Below are positions 37,793-46,144 of a DNA stretch of 64,000 nucleotides, in pieces (positions within the stretch are counted from its first letter, which is position 1; the number at the start of each line of letters is the position of its first letter). Below the pieces are notes generated by a model that was not told the origin of the DNA, searched no databases, and saw only the letters and a list, made by a program, of their open reading frames with translations. Origin of the DNA: Desulfobacterales bacterium (GTDB lineage Bacteria > Desulfobacterota > Desulfobacteria > Desulfobacterales > SG8-13); contig JBAPSB010000069.1 of the NCBI GenBank assembly GCA_049281435.1, positions 4,861-68,860 of the forward strand. The letters are read 5' to 3'. Position numbers and translations under genes: made by a program.

Positions 37793-39877
37793 TTAAGCCG
37801 GGTTGACGGTGACAAAGGTTTCGTGCAGGGCCGGACTGCCGCCGACGATATCGGAAACGTTTTTCTGCAGCACGCTGTCGGACAGCCCCTTGTTGTAGCT
37901 GCGGGACGCCAGCTTGGCTTCGTGCCCGAAGCCGTGCAGCATGAAAACCGTTTCCGGATGAATCAGATCCGTGACGTAGGCCTTGATTCTTCCGGCCCCT
38001 TTTTCGGAGGCCACCCGGACCAGGTCGTTGGTTTTGATGCCCATTTCGGCCGCCTTGCCGGAGTTGATCCACAAAACGTTTTCGGGTGTGATTTCGTTCA
38101 GGTACGGGTTGTTCTGGGTCGAGACGTGCGTGTGCAGGGCGATGCGGCCGGTCACCAGCCGGAAGTTGCCGCCGTCCGGCCGCTCGACCGGCTCGTAAGC
38201 CGGAAAAGAGTCGTACCCGGCATTTTCCAGCAAAGAGGATGTGAACTCGATTTTTTTGGAGGGGGTCTTCAGCTTGAGGCCGTCGGTGCGGTCCCAGAAG
38301 ATCTGCTCCTTGCCGTAGGCCACAAAGCCCTTGGCATCGAAATCCTCCAGCGTAAAGCCGGTGCCGTCCAGCTGCCAGCGCACCAGGTCTTCCATGTTTT
38401 CGTACCGGAAATAGCGGCCGACCCCGATCCGTTCGGCAATCTGCTTCAGGATCATGGCCCCGTCGCGGGTGTCGTAGCGCGGGGCGACAGCCTGGCGCCG
38501 CAAAAACATCTGCGGTTTGAGGCCGTTGGCCTGCTGAATGCAGTCGGTGCGCTCGAGATAGGTCGACTCGGGCAGGATGACATCCGAATACGAGGCGATG
38601 TCGCTGTGATTGATGTCGATCGTGACGATCAGATCGAGCTTGTCGAGCGCCTGCCTGGTCAGCTCGGTGTCCGGAATCGACTGCAGGGGATCGAAGCGAT
38701 AGGCGATCAGGGCTTTGATCGGATACGGATCCTCGTTCAAGATCGCATGCGGCAGGACCTGGGCCACGCCGTGGTTCGGGTCCGGCAGCGGGAAGTCCGG
38801 CGTGCCGGCCTTGTCGAAGCGCGGGACCCCGATCTTCGGGAATTCCTGCTCGGTGAGCTTACGGGCCGGTTTGCCGCCCACCTCGCCGGGGCCTTTTTTG
38901 AAAAAGAAACCGCCCTTGGCCTCGATGCTGCCCATCAGGGCATTCAGGATCATGATCGCGCGGCGCTGGTAAATCTCGTTGGCGTAACTCGCGCCGCGGT
39001 AGCCGAAATGAAAGATGACGGCCGGTTTGTCGCGGCTGATTTCGCGGGCAAAGTCCACGATCTCCCCGGCCGGAATGCCGGTTTCTTCAGCCGCCCATTG
39101 GGGCGTGTAGGGCTGCACGAAATCCTGCAGCTCCGGCAAACCCTGAACCCAGCGGTCCACGAAACGGCTGTCGTAGAGCCGTTCTTTGAGAATAATGTGG
39201 ATCAGGGCGTAGTTCAGGGCCAGGTCCGTGCCCGGCCGGATCATCCAGTAGCGGTGCGATTTGGTGGCCGTGACCGTCACGCGCGGGTCGATATAGGTCA
39301 GCTTGGCCCCGTTTTCGAGCGCCTGGGTGAGGTTGTTGACCTCTTTCACCGATATGGCTTCGAAGATGTTGCGGCCGTAGAGGACGATGTGCTTGGTGTT
39401 CTTGTAATCGATGCCCATCTGGGCGTCAGTGACGCCGAAAAGCGAGCGGCAGGCAGTGTTGACCGAGCCCTTGCACAGGGCGTCGTGCGTAAAGTGGTTG
39501 GGCGAGCCGATCGCTTTCAGCAACGATTGGCTCACATGGGTGGCCAGCTGCGTGCGCTCACCGAGAACGACGCTGTGTCCGCCGTTTTTGTCGATGATGC
39601 CGTTGAGCTTGCCGGCGACATAATCGAGGGCTTCGTCCCAACCGGCTTTGCGCCACTTGCCCGAACCGCGTTCGCCCTCCCGGATCAACGGCGCCTGGAG
39701 ACGCTCGTTATCGTAGAGCATATTGATGCCGGCCGCCCCGCGCGGACACAGGCTGCCTTCCATGCCGGGAACCAGCGGATTGCCCTCGATCCACCGCACC
39801 TGCCCGTCCTTCACCTGTACCTTGATCGGACAGCGGACCGAACACATGAAACATAAGCTGAATACTGATTTGTCCAT
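37793..39877 (-). CDS. Cytoplasmic molybdopterin/tungstopterin oxidoreductase catalytic subunit (MopB superfamily, substrate unknown)
   Basis: 694 aa. N-terminal CFMCSVRCP…CPRG [4Fe-4S] motif, no twin-arginine signal, MGD-binding domain pattern, and a C-terminal beta-barrel (…VRVASEKG…ETVFMLHGFGH). Confidence 0.88.
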   Translation of the reverse strand: MDKSVFSLCFMCSVRCPIKVQVKDGQVRWIEGNPLVPGMEGSLCPRGAAGINMLYDNERLQAPLIREGERGSGKWRKAGWDEALDYVAGKLNGIIDKNGGHSVVLGERTQLATHVSQSLLKAIGSPNHFTHDALCKGSVNTACRSLFGVTDAQMGIDYKNTKHIVLYGRNIFEAISVKEVNNLTQALENGAKLTYIDPRVTVTATKSHRYWMIRPGTDLALNYALIHIILKERLYDSRFVDRWVQGLPELQDFVQPYTPQWAAEETGIPAGEIVDFAREISRDKPAVIFHFGYRGASYANEIYQRRAIMILNALMGSIEAKGGFFFKKGPGEVGGKPARKLTEQEFPKIGVPRFDKAGTPDFPLPDPNHGVAQVLPHAILNEDPYPIKALIAYRFDPLQSIPDTELTRQALDKLDLIVTIDINHSDIASYSDVILPESTYLERTDCIQQANGLKPQMFLRRQAVAPRYDTRDGAMILKQIAERIGVGRYFRYENMEDLVRWQLDGTGFTLEDFDAKGFVAYGKEQIFWDRTDGLKLKTPSKKIEFTSSLLENAGYDSFPAYEPVERPDGGNFRLVTGRIALHTHVSTQNNPYLNEITPENVLWINSGKAAEMGIKTNDLVRVASEKGAGRIKAYVTDLIHPETVFMLHGFGHEAKLASRSYNKGLSDSVLQKNVSDIVGGSPALHETFVTVNPA

Positions 39878-40205
39878 GCCGTATTACCTCCAGATATAAA
39901 TAAAAATCGATTGACCCGCCATTCGATCGGTGCAGCAGACACACGGTGAACCGATTCGGGGTTAGAAAGGGTCGGTAATTTCGATGAATCCGCGGATTGG
40001 CACCGATGAGGTGTCACCGAAAAACCTGAAGATACTGTGATCGCAGATGCAAATCAAGGTACAAAGCAAAATTCATACCATTAAATGATTCCCTTGAAGG
40101 GGCAGCAATGATGGCCCGCTCTGGCATAATGATGAATTATTTTAGTGGGATAATACAAGCAAGGGAAAGCGGCGCCCGCCGGGGAAGCCCGGGGATCGCC
40201 TCACA

Positions 40206-40227
40206 GGTGCAAGAACATCATTGCACC
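40206..40227. promoter_or_regulatory. Candidate enhancer (UAS) palindrome GGTGCAA-N8-TTGCACC
   Basis: Perfect 7-bp inverted repeat about 245 bp upstream of the sigma54 promoter, in the divergent intergenic region. Confidence 0.4.
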
Positions 40228-40455
40228 GCAACTATTATATTGCAGTAATAATAACCTATATTAATTATTATATAAATCATTTACAGTCGGCCAGTGGGAG
40301 CGATTCTGGGCTTAAATACCAGGGTAACGGCTTCAATTTATTTCCACGGCTGTCGGTTTGGAATAACAGTCCCCACAAGCTTATCTGATTGAAATTATGA
40401 CGATTTCTATAAAAAACGGCGCGTTCTACCGTTACCACCCTCCAGTCGCATTTTA

Positions 40456-40471
40456 TGGCACAGCGTTTGCT
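40456..40471 (+). promoter_or_regulatory. Sigma54 (-24/-12) promoter
   Basis: TGGCAC-agcgt-TTGCT matches TGGCAC-N5-TTGC exactly. About 95 nt upstream of the TSUP gene ATG. Confidence 0.75.
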
Positions 40472-40565
40472 TGGAATAAAAGACCTTTTTAGTATTACCG
40501 GCCGACCGGCCCACCGCCTTGCAATGACGTTTACTGCCAGTACTAAAAAACGAGGGAGGTTAAAA

Positions 40566-41711
40566 ATGAGGAAAACGATGATGGTATTCATGGTGATGGG
40601 GATGCTGCTGCTCTTCGCCGCGCCTTATGTCCTGCCCGACAATGTTTTCGCGGCCGACAAGCTGGCGGATGCGATCGCCAAGGCGCCGACCGGAACGGAA
40701 AAGGGTCAGATAGACCCGACGGCCGCCCCCGGTTATCTGGGAATCCCCGGCGGCAAACAGATCAACCTGATCGTGGCGTTTTTCTGGGCCGTGTGGGTCG
40801 GCTGGGTATTTTCGACCGTCGGGGCCTTCGGCGGCATCATGGCCGGGGTGGGCCACATTTCTATTTTCGGCCTGGGCGCCTACGCCAAGACTTTCCGGGA
40901 CACGGCCCCGGAGCTGAACAAGTTCGTCACCGACAGCATCCGCGTGTCCAACCAATGGCTGGTGGGGCTTTCGGCCCTGGTTTCCAGCGTCAATTACGGC
41001 AAGCAGAAACGGTTGGTGATCCCGCTGGGGCTGTTCCTGGGAATGGGCTCGCTGCTGGCCGCCTTCTTGGTCGTCTACACCACGATGGGCAAGGTGAAGT
41101 TTTCCCAATACCAGGGGTATTTCGGCCTGATCGTGTTTGTGATCGGGGCGTTCATGGTTTACGAAATGACCCCCCGGGGCCAATCCAAGAAAAAAGCGGC
41201 CAAAGAAGCTGTCAAGGCCTTCGAGGCCACCGTCAAACAAAAGGGCGACCTCACCCAGCAGGGAGTCCAGACGCTGAAGTTCAACCTGGTGCGCACCGAG
41301 ATCTCCTTCTTTGGCCAGACATTCGGCTTCAGCCCGATCTGGGCCTTCGTCGGCGGTTTCTTCATCAGCGCCATTTCTTCTTTTATCGGTGTCGGCGGCG
41401 GCTTTCTGTATGTGCCGTTTCTGACCAGCGTGGTGGGTTTGCCGATGTTCGTTGCCGCGGGGACCTCAGCCCTGGCGGTTTTGATCAGCATGGTCCTGTC
41501 GATTTTCAACTTCATGATCAAAGGCGTCACCGTCTACTGGGTCATGATCGGCGTCGAACTGGTGGGTATTTTCATCGGCTCCATGATCGGACCACGCACC
41601 GGAAAGTTCATCCCGGAAAAGGGCCTGAAATGGTTTTTCATCGTGCTGGCCTTCTACGTGGGGCTGGACTACTCCTTGAGAGGGTTTTTCAACTACCGTC
41701 TTTTCGGTTAA
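40566..41711 (+). CDS. TSUP (TauE/SafE, DUF81) family membrane transporter, long form with signal peptide and internal soluble loop
   Basis: 381 aa. GAGGGAGG RBS before the ATG at 40566. Two repeated halves carry G-rich TM motifs (VGAFGGIMAGVG and IGVGGGFLYVP). Confidence 0.7.
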   Translation: MRKTMMVFMVMGMLLLFAAPYVLPDNVFAADKLADAIAKAPTGTEKGQIDPTAAPGYLGIPGGKQINLIVAFFWAVWVGWVFSTVGAFGGIMAGVGHISIFGLGAYAKTFRDTAPELNKFVTDSIRVSNQWLVGLSALVSSVNYGKQKRLVIPLGLFLGMGSLLAAFLVVYTTMGKVKFSQYQGYFGLIVFVIGAFMVYEMTPRGQSKKKAAKEAVKAFEATVKQKGDLTQQGVQTLKFNLVRTEISFFGQTFGFSPIWAFVGGFFISAISSFIGVGGGFLYVPFLTSVVGLPMFVAAGTSALAVLISMVLSIFNFMIKGVTVYWVMIGVELVGIFIGSMIGPRTGKFIPEKGLKWFFIVLAFYVGLDYSLRGFFNYRLFG

Positions 41712-41775
41712 TCGGGACGATATCGGGCCGGCCCCGGCGGGACGATCGCGGGGCCGGCCGCAACTTCCAGCGTGA

Positions 41776-42339
41776 ATGAAAATGGGAACCACATTTCTTG
41801 AAGTCATGCGGCTGCTCGATCCTTTCCTGATCGGATTTTTTCGTCTGACCGGCTATACCCTGCTCGACTTTTTCGTCGGCGTTTTTTGCCTGTGCATGAT
41901 CTGTGTGGTGCTGGGCGAACTGACCATCTCGGCCGCCATCCGGCTGAACCGGCGTCATCTCAAGGCGTTGAAGCATGAAGTTTCTCAAAAAGAAAAGCTC
42001 AGCATGCAGGCCTATGCCGATGATGATCGGGTAAGTTACAAGGCGCTCAACCAGGCGGCCAACGATGCCTGGGGCCGCTATTTTTTCACCATGGCGGCTT
42101 ATTCGGCCGGCATTCTGTGGCCGGTGCCCTTCGCCCTGGCATGGATGCAAACCCGCTTTCAAAGCGTTGAATTCGACCTGGTGTTCCCTCTCAATCTGGT
42201 TCTCGGAAACACGGTGGGCTATCCTTTCATCTTCATTCCGGTGTATATTCTCGCCCGCATTGTTTTCAAGTACCTGAGACCGAAATTGCCGTATTTCAGA
42301 GGCGTTCAAAAAATGCTCGATACTCCTGGAAGCTCTTGA
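41776..42339 (+). CDS. Hypothetical integral membrane protein
   Basis: 187 aa with about 4 hydrophobic segments. No recognisable family. Confidence 0.55.
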   Translation: MKMGTTFLEVMRLLDPFLIGFFRLTGYTLLDFFVGVFCLCMICVVLGELTISAAIRLNRRHLKALKHEVSQKEKLSMQAYADDDRVSYKALNQAANDAWGRYFFTMAAYSAGILWPVPFALAWMQTRFQSVEFDLVFPLNLVLGNTVGYPFIFIPVYILARIVFKYLRPKLPYFRGVQKMLDTPGSS

Positions 42340-42565
42340 AAGCAACCGGCCAACAAAGGCACCCCTGACGTGCACGCCCGCCGTGCTTGTCGTTTTTTTA
42401 CCACTCTCGCCGTCAGCAGTTGAAGCATCCGAATATTTTTACTCGATTTTCGCCGCTCTCCTGTCCCTCCTTAGATGGACATATAGGCTCCCTCCCCCTC
42501 TTTCAGCCCTGCTTGACACCGGCTGCAAAAATCCGAATAATGAGCCAATTCCCAGGAGATCCCAC

Positions 42566-43045
42566 ATGATTCCCAGACTGACAGTGAAGGCCGCCTGCCT
42601 GCCGGCGGTGACCCTGATCCTGATAATGCCTCTCTCGGCACTCGCCACCCAGGGGCACTCGCAACCCGAAGGCCTTTACGCCCATCAGATGTCGCATGTG
42701 TTCTTCCTGTTTTCGATGGGCCTTCTGATGTATTGGCTGCGCAAAAGGGGACTGGTCAAAACGAGTGGGTGGCGCTACATCCAGTTTGCTTCCCTTTTTT
42801 TCATCCTCTGGAATGCCGACGCGTTTCTGGTGCACTTCATCGAGGAACAGAGCCAGGCTCTGGAGATCGTGCGCCTGAACCCCTGGCACCTGCGCATCCA
42901 GGCCGCCGAAGGCTTCGGGTGGCTCACCATCGTCTATTACATCGCCAAGCTCGACCATCTGCTATGCGTGCCGGCCCTCTTTTTTCTTTACATCGGTCTG
43001 AAACGGCTCCTGAACGCCGGCGGCGTGCCGACAAGGGGAGCATGA
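42566..43045 (+). CDS. Hypothetical membrane protein with signal peptide
   Basis: 159 aa from MIPRLTVKAA…, with a signal-like N-terminus and about 4 TM segments. Its stop overlaps the kinase start (ATGA). Confidence 0.55.
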   Translation: MIPRLTVKAACLPAVTLILIMPLSALATQGHSQPEGLYAHQMSHVFFLFSMGLLMYWLRKRGLVKTSGWRYIQFASLFFILWNADAFLVHFIEEQSQALEIVRLNPWHLRIQAAEGFGWLTIVYYIAKLDHLLCVPALFFLYIGLKRLLNAGGVPTRGA

Positions 43046-44589
43046 CGACGATGACCGTTTCCTCCCTTCCCATCTGGGCCGTCGACGTGCTCGGCTCAGT
43101 GTGCATGATCGTGCTGTCCATCGCCTGCCTGCACCTCGCCTACAACCTGCAGCACCGCGACCGCAACAACATCATTTGGACCTACCTCTTCTGGGTCTGC
43201 ACGGCGCTGACCGTTTTTGCGGTTTCCCGATCGGCGGGCCATATCCTGAAACAGGTCCTGATCATCGGAGACAGCCCCACGGCCTGGGAAGCCATACGGC
43301 CTTACAGCGGCGCCGTGAACACCTTTACCTTTGTGCTCGTCGCCGCCTTCACCCTTTTCTTCGAGCGCACCTGGAACATCTACCGGCAGATCACCAGCGA
43401 CAAGCAGGACCTGCAGTCCGCCCGGGACAAGCTGCTCTACCTCAATCAGAATCTCGAAAACCTCGTCGGCGAGCGCACCGCCGAGCTGGCCCTTTCCGAG
43501 CACAAGTACCGCCGCATCTTCGAAGTCTCGCGCGACCTGATCCTGGTAGCCGCAACAGACGGCCGCATCGTCGACATCAACCCCTCCGGCCGTCGCATGC
43601 TCGGCGTCGAGGAGGCCGCCGCCCACAGCCGGTCTTTGCAGGACTTTTTTCTGGAGCCGGCGCAATGGCAGGCGGTGGCCGAGGCCATCGGAAACAGCGG
43701 ATTTGTCGCCAATGCCGAAGTCGATCTCCGGCGCAGCGACGGCAGCCGCATGCGAACCCTCTTGAGCGGCAGCCTGGACCGCGGTTTTCCGGACAAGCAG
43801 GACACCATCCACTTTTTGATCAAGGACATCGAGCAGCGCCGGCTGGCCGCGGAACAGATCGCCCAGACCGACAAACTGGCCTCGATTGGGCAATTGTCGG
43901 CCGGCATCGCCCATGAGATCAATAATCCGCTCGGCATCATCCTCGGTTTCACCCAGCTCCTGATCCGCCACGAGGACCCGCAGTCGGAAAAATTTCAGGA
44001 TTTGAAAACCATCGAAAAGCACGTGCGCAACTGCAAAACGATTGTGGCCGACCTGCTGAACTTCGCCCGCAAGTCATCGCCCAACGAGAACCTGATCCGG
44101 ATCGACACGGCCCTGGAGGAAGTCCTGAAATTCATCCACCAGCACGGCAATCATGACGGCATCGAGGTGGTGAAGGATTTCGACCCCGCGGTGCCGCCCA
44201 TGTTTCTGGACGAAGAGAAAATCAAGCAGGTCTTCATGAACCTGATCCTGAACGCCCGGCACGCCATGAGCGGCCAGGGCCGCCTGTCGCTTTCCACCAC
44301 CTTCCTTGCCCGGCAGCGCCAGGTCGCCATCAAGTTCGCCGACAGCGGTTACGGTATCGAAAAAAAGAACCTGAGCCGCATCTTCGATCCCTTCTTCACC
44401 ACCAAGCCGACCGGCGAAGGCACCGGCCTGGGCCTGTCGGTCAGCTACGGCATCATCAAGAACCATGGCGGCGACATCACGGTAGAAAGCGACGTCGGCC
44501 AGGGAGCTACCTTCACCATTTTACTTCCGGTGGAATCGCCGGGAAAAGGTCGTCCGCATGCAGAGAACCATACTGATCGTCGACGATGA
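43042..44589 (+). CDS. Membrane sensor histidine kinase (TM region, PAS, HisKA, HATPase_c)
   Basis: 515 aa. About 4 N-terminal TM segments, PAS (…EVSRDLILVAATDGRIVDINPSG…), H-box SAGIAHEINNPL, N box LILNARHAM, G boxes DSGYGI and GTGLGL. Confidence 0.9.
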   Translation: MTTMTVSSLPIWAVDVLGSVCMIVLSIACLHLAYNLQHRDRNNIIWTYLFWVCTALTVFAVSRSAGHILKQVLIIGDSPTAWEAIRPYSGAVNTFTFVLVAAFTLFFERTWNIYRQITSDKQDLQSARDKLLYLNQNLENLVGERTAELALSEHKYRRIFEVSRDLILVAATDGRIVDINPSGRRMLGVEEAAAHSRSLQDFFLEPAQWQAVAEAIGNSGFVANAEVDLRRSDGSRMRTLLSGSLDRGFPDKQDTIHFLIKDIEQRRLAAEQIAQTDKLASIGQLSAGIAHEINNPLGIILGFTQLLIRHEDPQSEKFQDLKTIEKHVRNCKTIVADLLNFARKSSPNENLIRIDTALEEVLKFIHQHGNHDGIEVVKDFDPAVPPMFLDEEKIKQVFMNLILNARHAMSGQGRLSLSTTFLARQRQVAIKFADSGYGIEKKNLSRIFDPFFTTKPTGEGTGLGLSVSYGIIKNHGGDITVESDVGQGATFTILLPVESPGKGRPHAENHTDRRR

Positions 44590-45949
44590 ACAGGACATGC
44601 TGCAGTTGCTCAAGCGCAGCCTGGCGCCCGAGCTGGGCTGTCGCATCGAAACGGCATCCTCGGGCAAAGAAGCCCTGCAGGCGATTGCGCGGGAGCCGTA
44701 TGACCTGGTTCTGGCGGACATCAAAATGCCGGAAATGGACGGCCTGACGCTGCTGGAGTTTATCAAGCGCGAGCAGCCGGAGCTGACCGTGGTCATGATG
44801 ACGGCCTACGGAACGGTGGACACGGCCGTGGAAGCCATGCGCAACGGCGCCTATGATTTTGTCACCAAACCCTTCGATCACGAAGCACTCACCGTGCGGC
44901 TCGAAAAAGCCCTGGAACGCAGCCGCCTGCTGCGCGAAAACCTGCGGCTGCAAATGGAATGCCGCGGCGATGCCGCTTTTCAGAACATCGTCGGCAAAAG
45001 CGCGGGCATGAACCGTGTGTATGAAACGATCCGGATGGTCGCCAAAACCGACCTGACGGTCCTGATTACCGGTGAATCGGGCACCGGCAAGGAACTCGTC
45101 GCCCGGGCGGTCCACAACTTGAGCGACCGCCGCCGTCGGCCCTTCGTAGCCGTCAACTGCCCGACCGTTCCGGAAAACATCCTGGAAAGCGAACTCTTCG
45201 GTTACAAAAAAGGCGCCTTCACCCACGCCACCCAGAACAAGATCGGCCTTTTCCAGGAGGCGCACCGCGGCACCTTGTTTCTGGATGAAATCGGCGACAT
45301 CAGCCCGACGATCCAGACAAAGCTGCTGCGGGTGCTGCAGGAAAAAGAGATCAAGCCCCTGGGCGATACCAAGTCGGTTACCGTCGACGTACGCATTATC
45401 GCCTCGACCAACCAGAACCTGGAAGAAAAGATAAAAAAAGGCGAATTCCGCGAAGACTTCTTTTATCGCCTGAACGTGCTGCCCATCAAGCTGCCGCCGC
45501 TCAGGGAACACCCGGAAGATATCCCGATCATCGCCAGTCATCTGCTCGAAAAGCACTGTGGCAAGCTGAACAAGCCGCTGAAGAAGATCTCCTCCGAACT
45601 GATGGAGGTCTTCGTTAGGCGCAACTGGGAAGGCAACGTCCGGGAACTCGAGAACGTCATCATGCAGGGCATCATCTTTTCGACCACCGATGCGATCCGG
45701 CCGCAGGATATCGATCTGGCCAACAGAAACGCGCCCGCCTTTCCCGCGGAAGCGGCACTGACAAGCCTGCCCTACAAAGAGGCCAAGGAAAAAACCCTGG
45801 TCCGCTTCAACCGCAAATACCTGTCGCGCCTGCTATCGGAAAACGCGGGCAACGTCTCGCGGGCGGCGCGCCAGTGCGGCCTCGAACGCCAGGCGCTGCA
45901 GCAAATCATGCGGCGCTACGATATCCGGGCCGACCAGTACAGGTCCTGA
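44558..45949 (+). CDS. Sigma54-dependent response regulator (NtrC family: receiver, AAA+, Fis-type HTH)
   Basis: 463 aa. LIVDDE…LADIKMP receiver, Walker A GESGTGKE, the sigma54-contact loop reads GAFTHA, Walker B LFLDEI, and a C-terminal HTH (…NVSRAARQCGLERQAL). Confidence 0.93.
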   Translation: MQRTILIVDDEQDMLQLLKRSLAPELGCRIETASSGKEALQAIAREPYDLVLADIKMPEMDGLTLLEFIKREQPELTVVMMTAYGTVDTAVEAMRNGAYDFVTKPFDHEALTVRLEKALERSRLLRENLRLQMECRGDAAFQNIVGKSAGMNRVYETIRMVAKTDLTVLITGESGTGKELVARAVHNLSDRRRRPFVAVNCPTVPENILESELFGYKKGAFTHATQNKIGLFQEAHRGTLFLDEIGDISPTIQTKLLRVLQEKEIKPLGDTKSVTVDVRIIASTNQNLEEKIKKGEFREDFFYRLNVLPIKLPPLREHPEDIPIIASHLLEKHCGKLNKPLKKISSELMEVFVRRNWEGNVRELENVIMQGIIFSTTDAIRPQDIDLANRNAPAFPAEAALTSLPYKEAKEKTLVRFNRKYLSRLLSENAGNVSRAARQCGLERQALQQIMRRYDIRADQYRS

Positions 45950-46022
45950 CCCACAAATGCTGAACAATGGCGACAAGACTTCGGCCTTTGAATGCCTGAA
46001 GTGGCTGTCCTGTATCCGTTCA

Positions 46023-46123
46023 ATAGGCTTTAAGATAAAGGTTTTGGCAAGGCCAGAGGGAGGCGGCTGTATAAGTATACGCCAACGACCGATACCAGCA
46101 GACAAAACCTTTATCTTAAAGCC
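46023..46123 (+). repeat. ~100-bp long-hairpin repeat, family 2, copy 1
   Basis: AGGCTTTAAGATAAAGGTTTTG…CAAAACCTTTATCTTAAAGCCT forms a 22-bp terminal stem. About 85% identical to 49480-49579 in the same orientation. Confidence 0.8.
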
Positions 46124-46144
46124 TACACGGTATGATGAACCAGA

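Noticed and set aside
37787-39856. 689-aa plus-strand ORF opposite the molybdopterin oxidoreductase gene
   Set aside because: It is a shadow ORF. The opposite frame carries the Fe-S and MGD-binding motifs, and this translation has low-complexity Arg/Gly/Asp/Val-rich content.
37793-39877. Selenocysteine recoding in the Mo enzyme (and in mvhD, 30135-30566)
   Set aside because: Both ORFs are uninterrupted, with no in-frame TGA. The candidate ligand position is Cys.
39878-40200. Sigma54 promoter for the divergent molybdoenzyme operon
   Set aside because: The only near matches (for example TGTACC-N5-TTGC on the minus strand) lack the conserved GG at -24, so it is not called.
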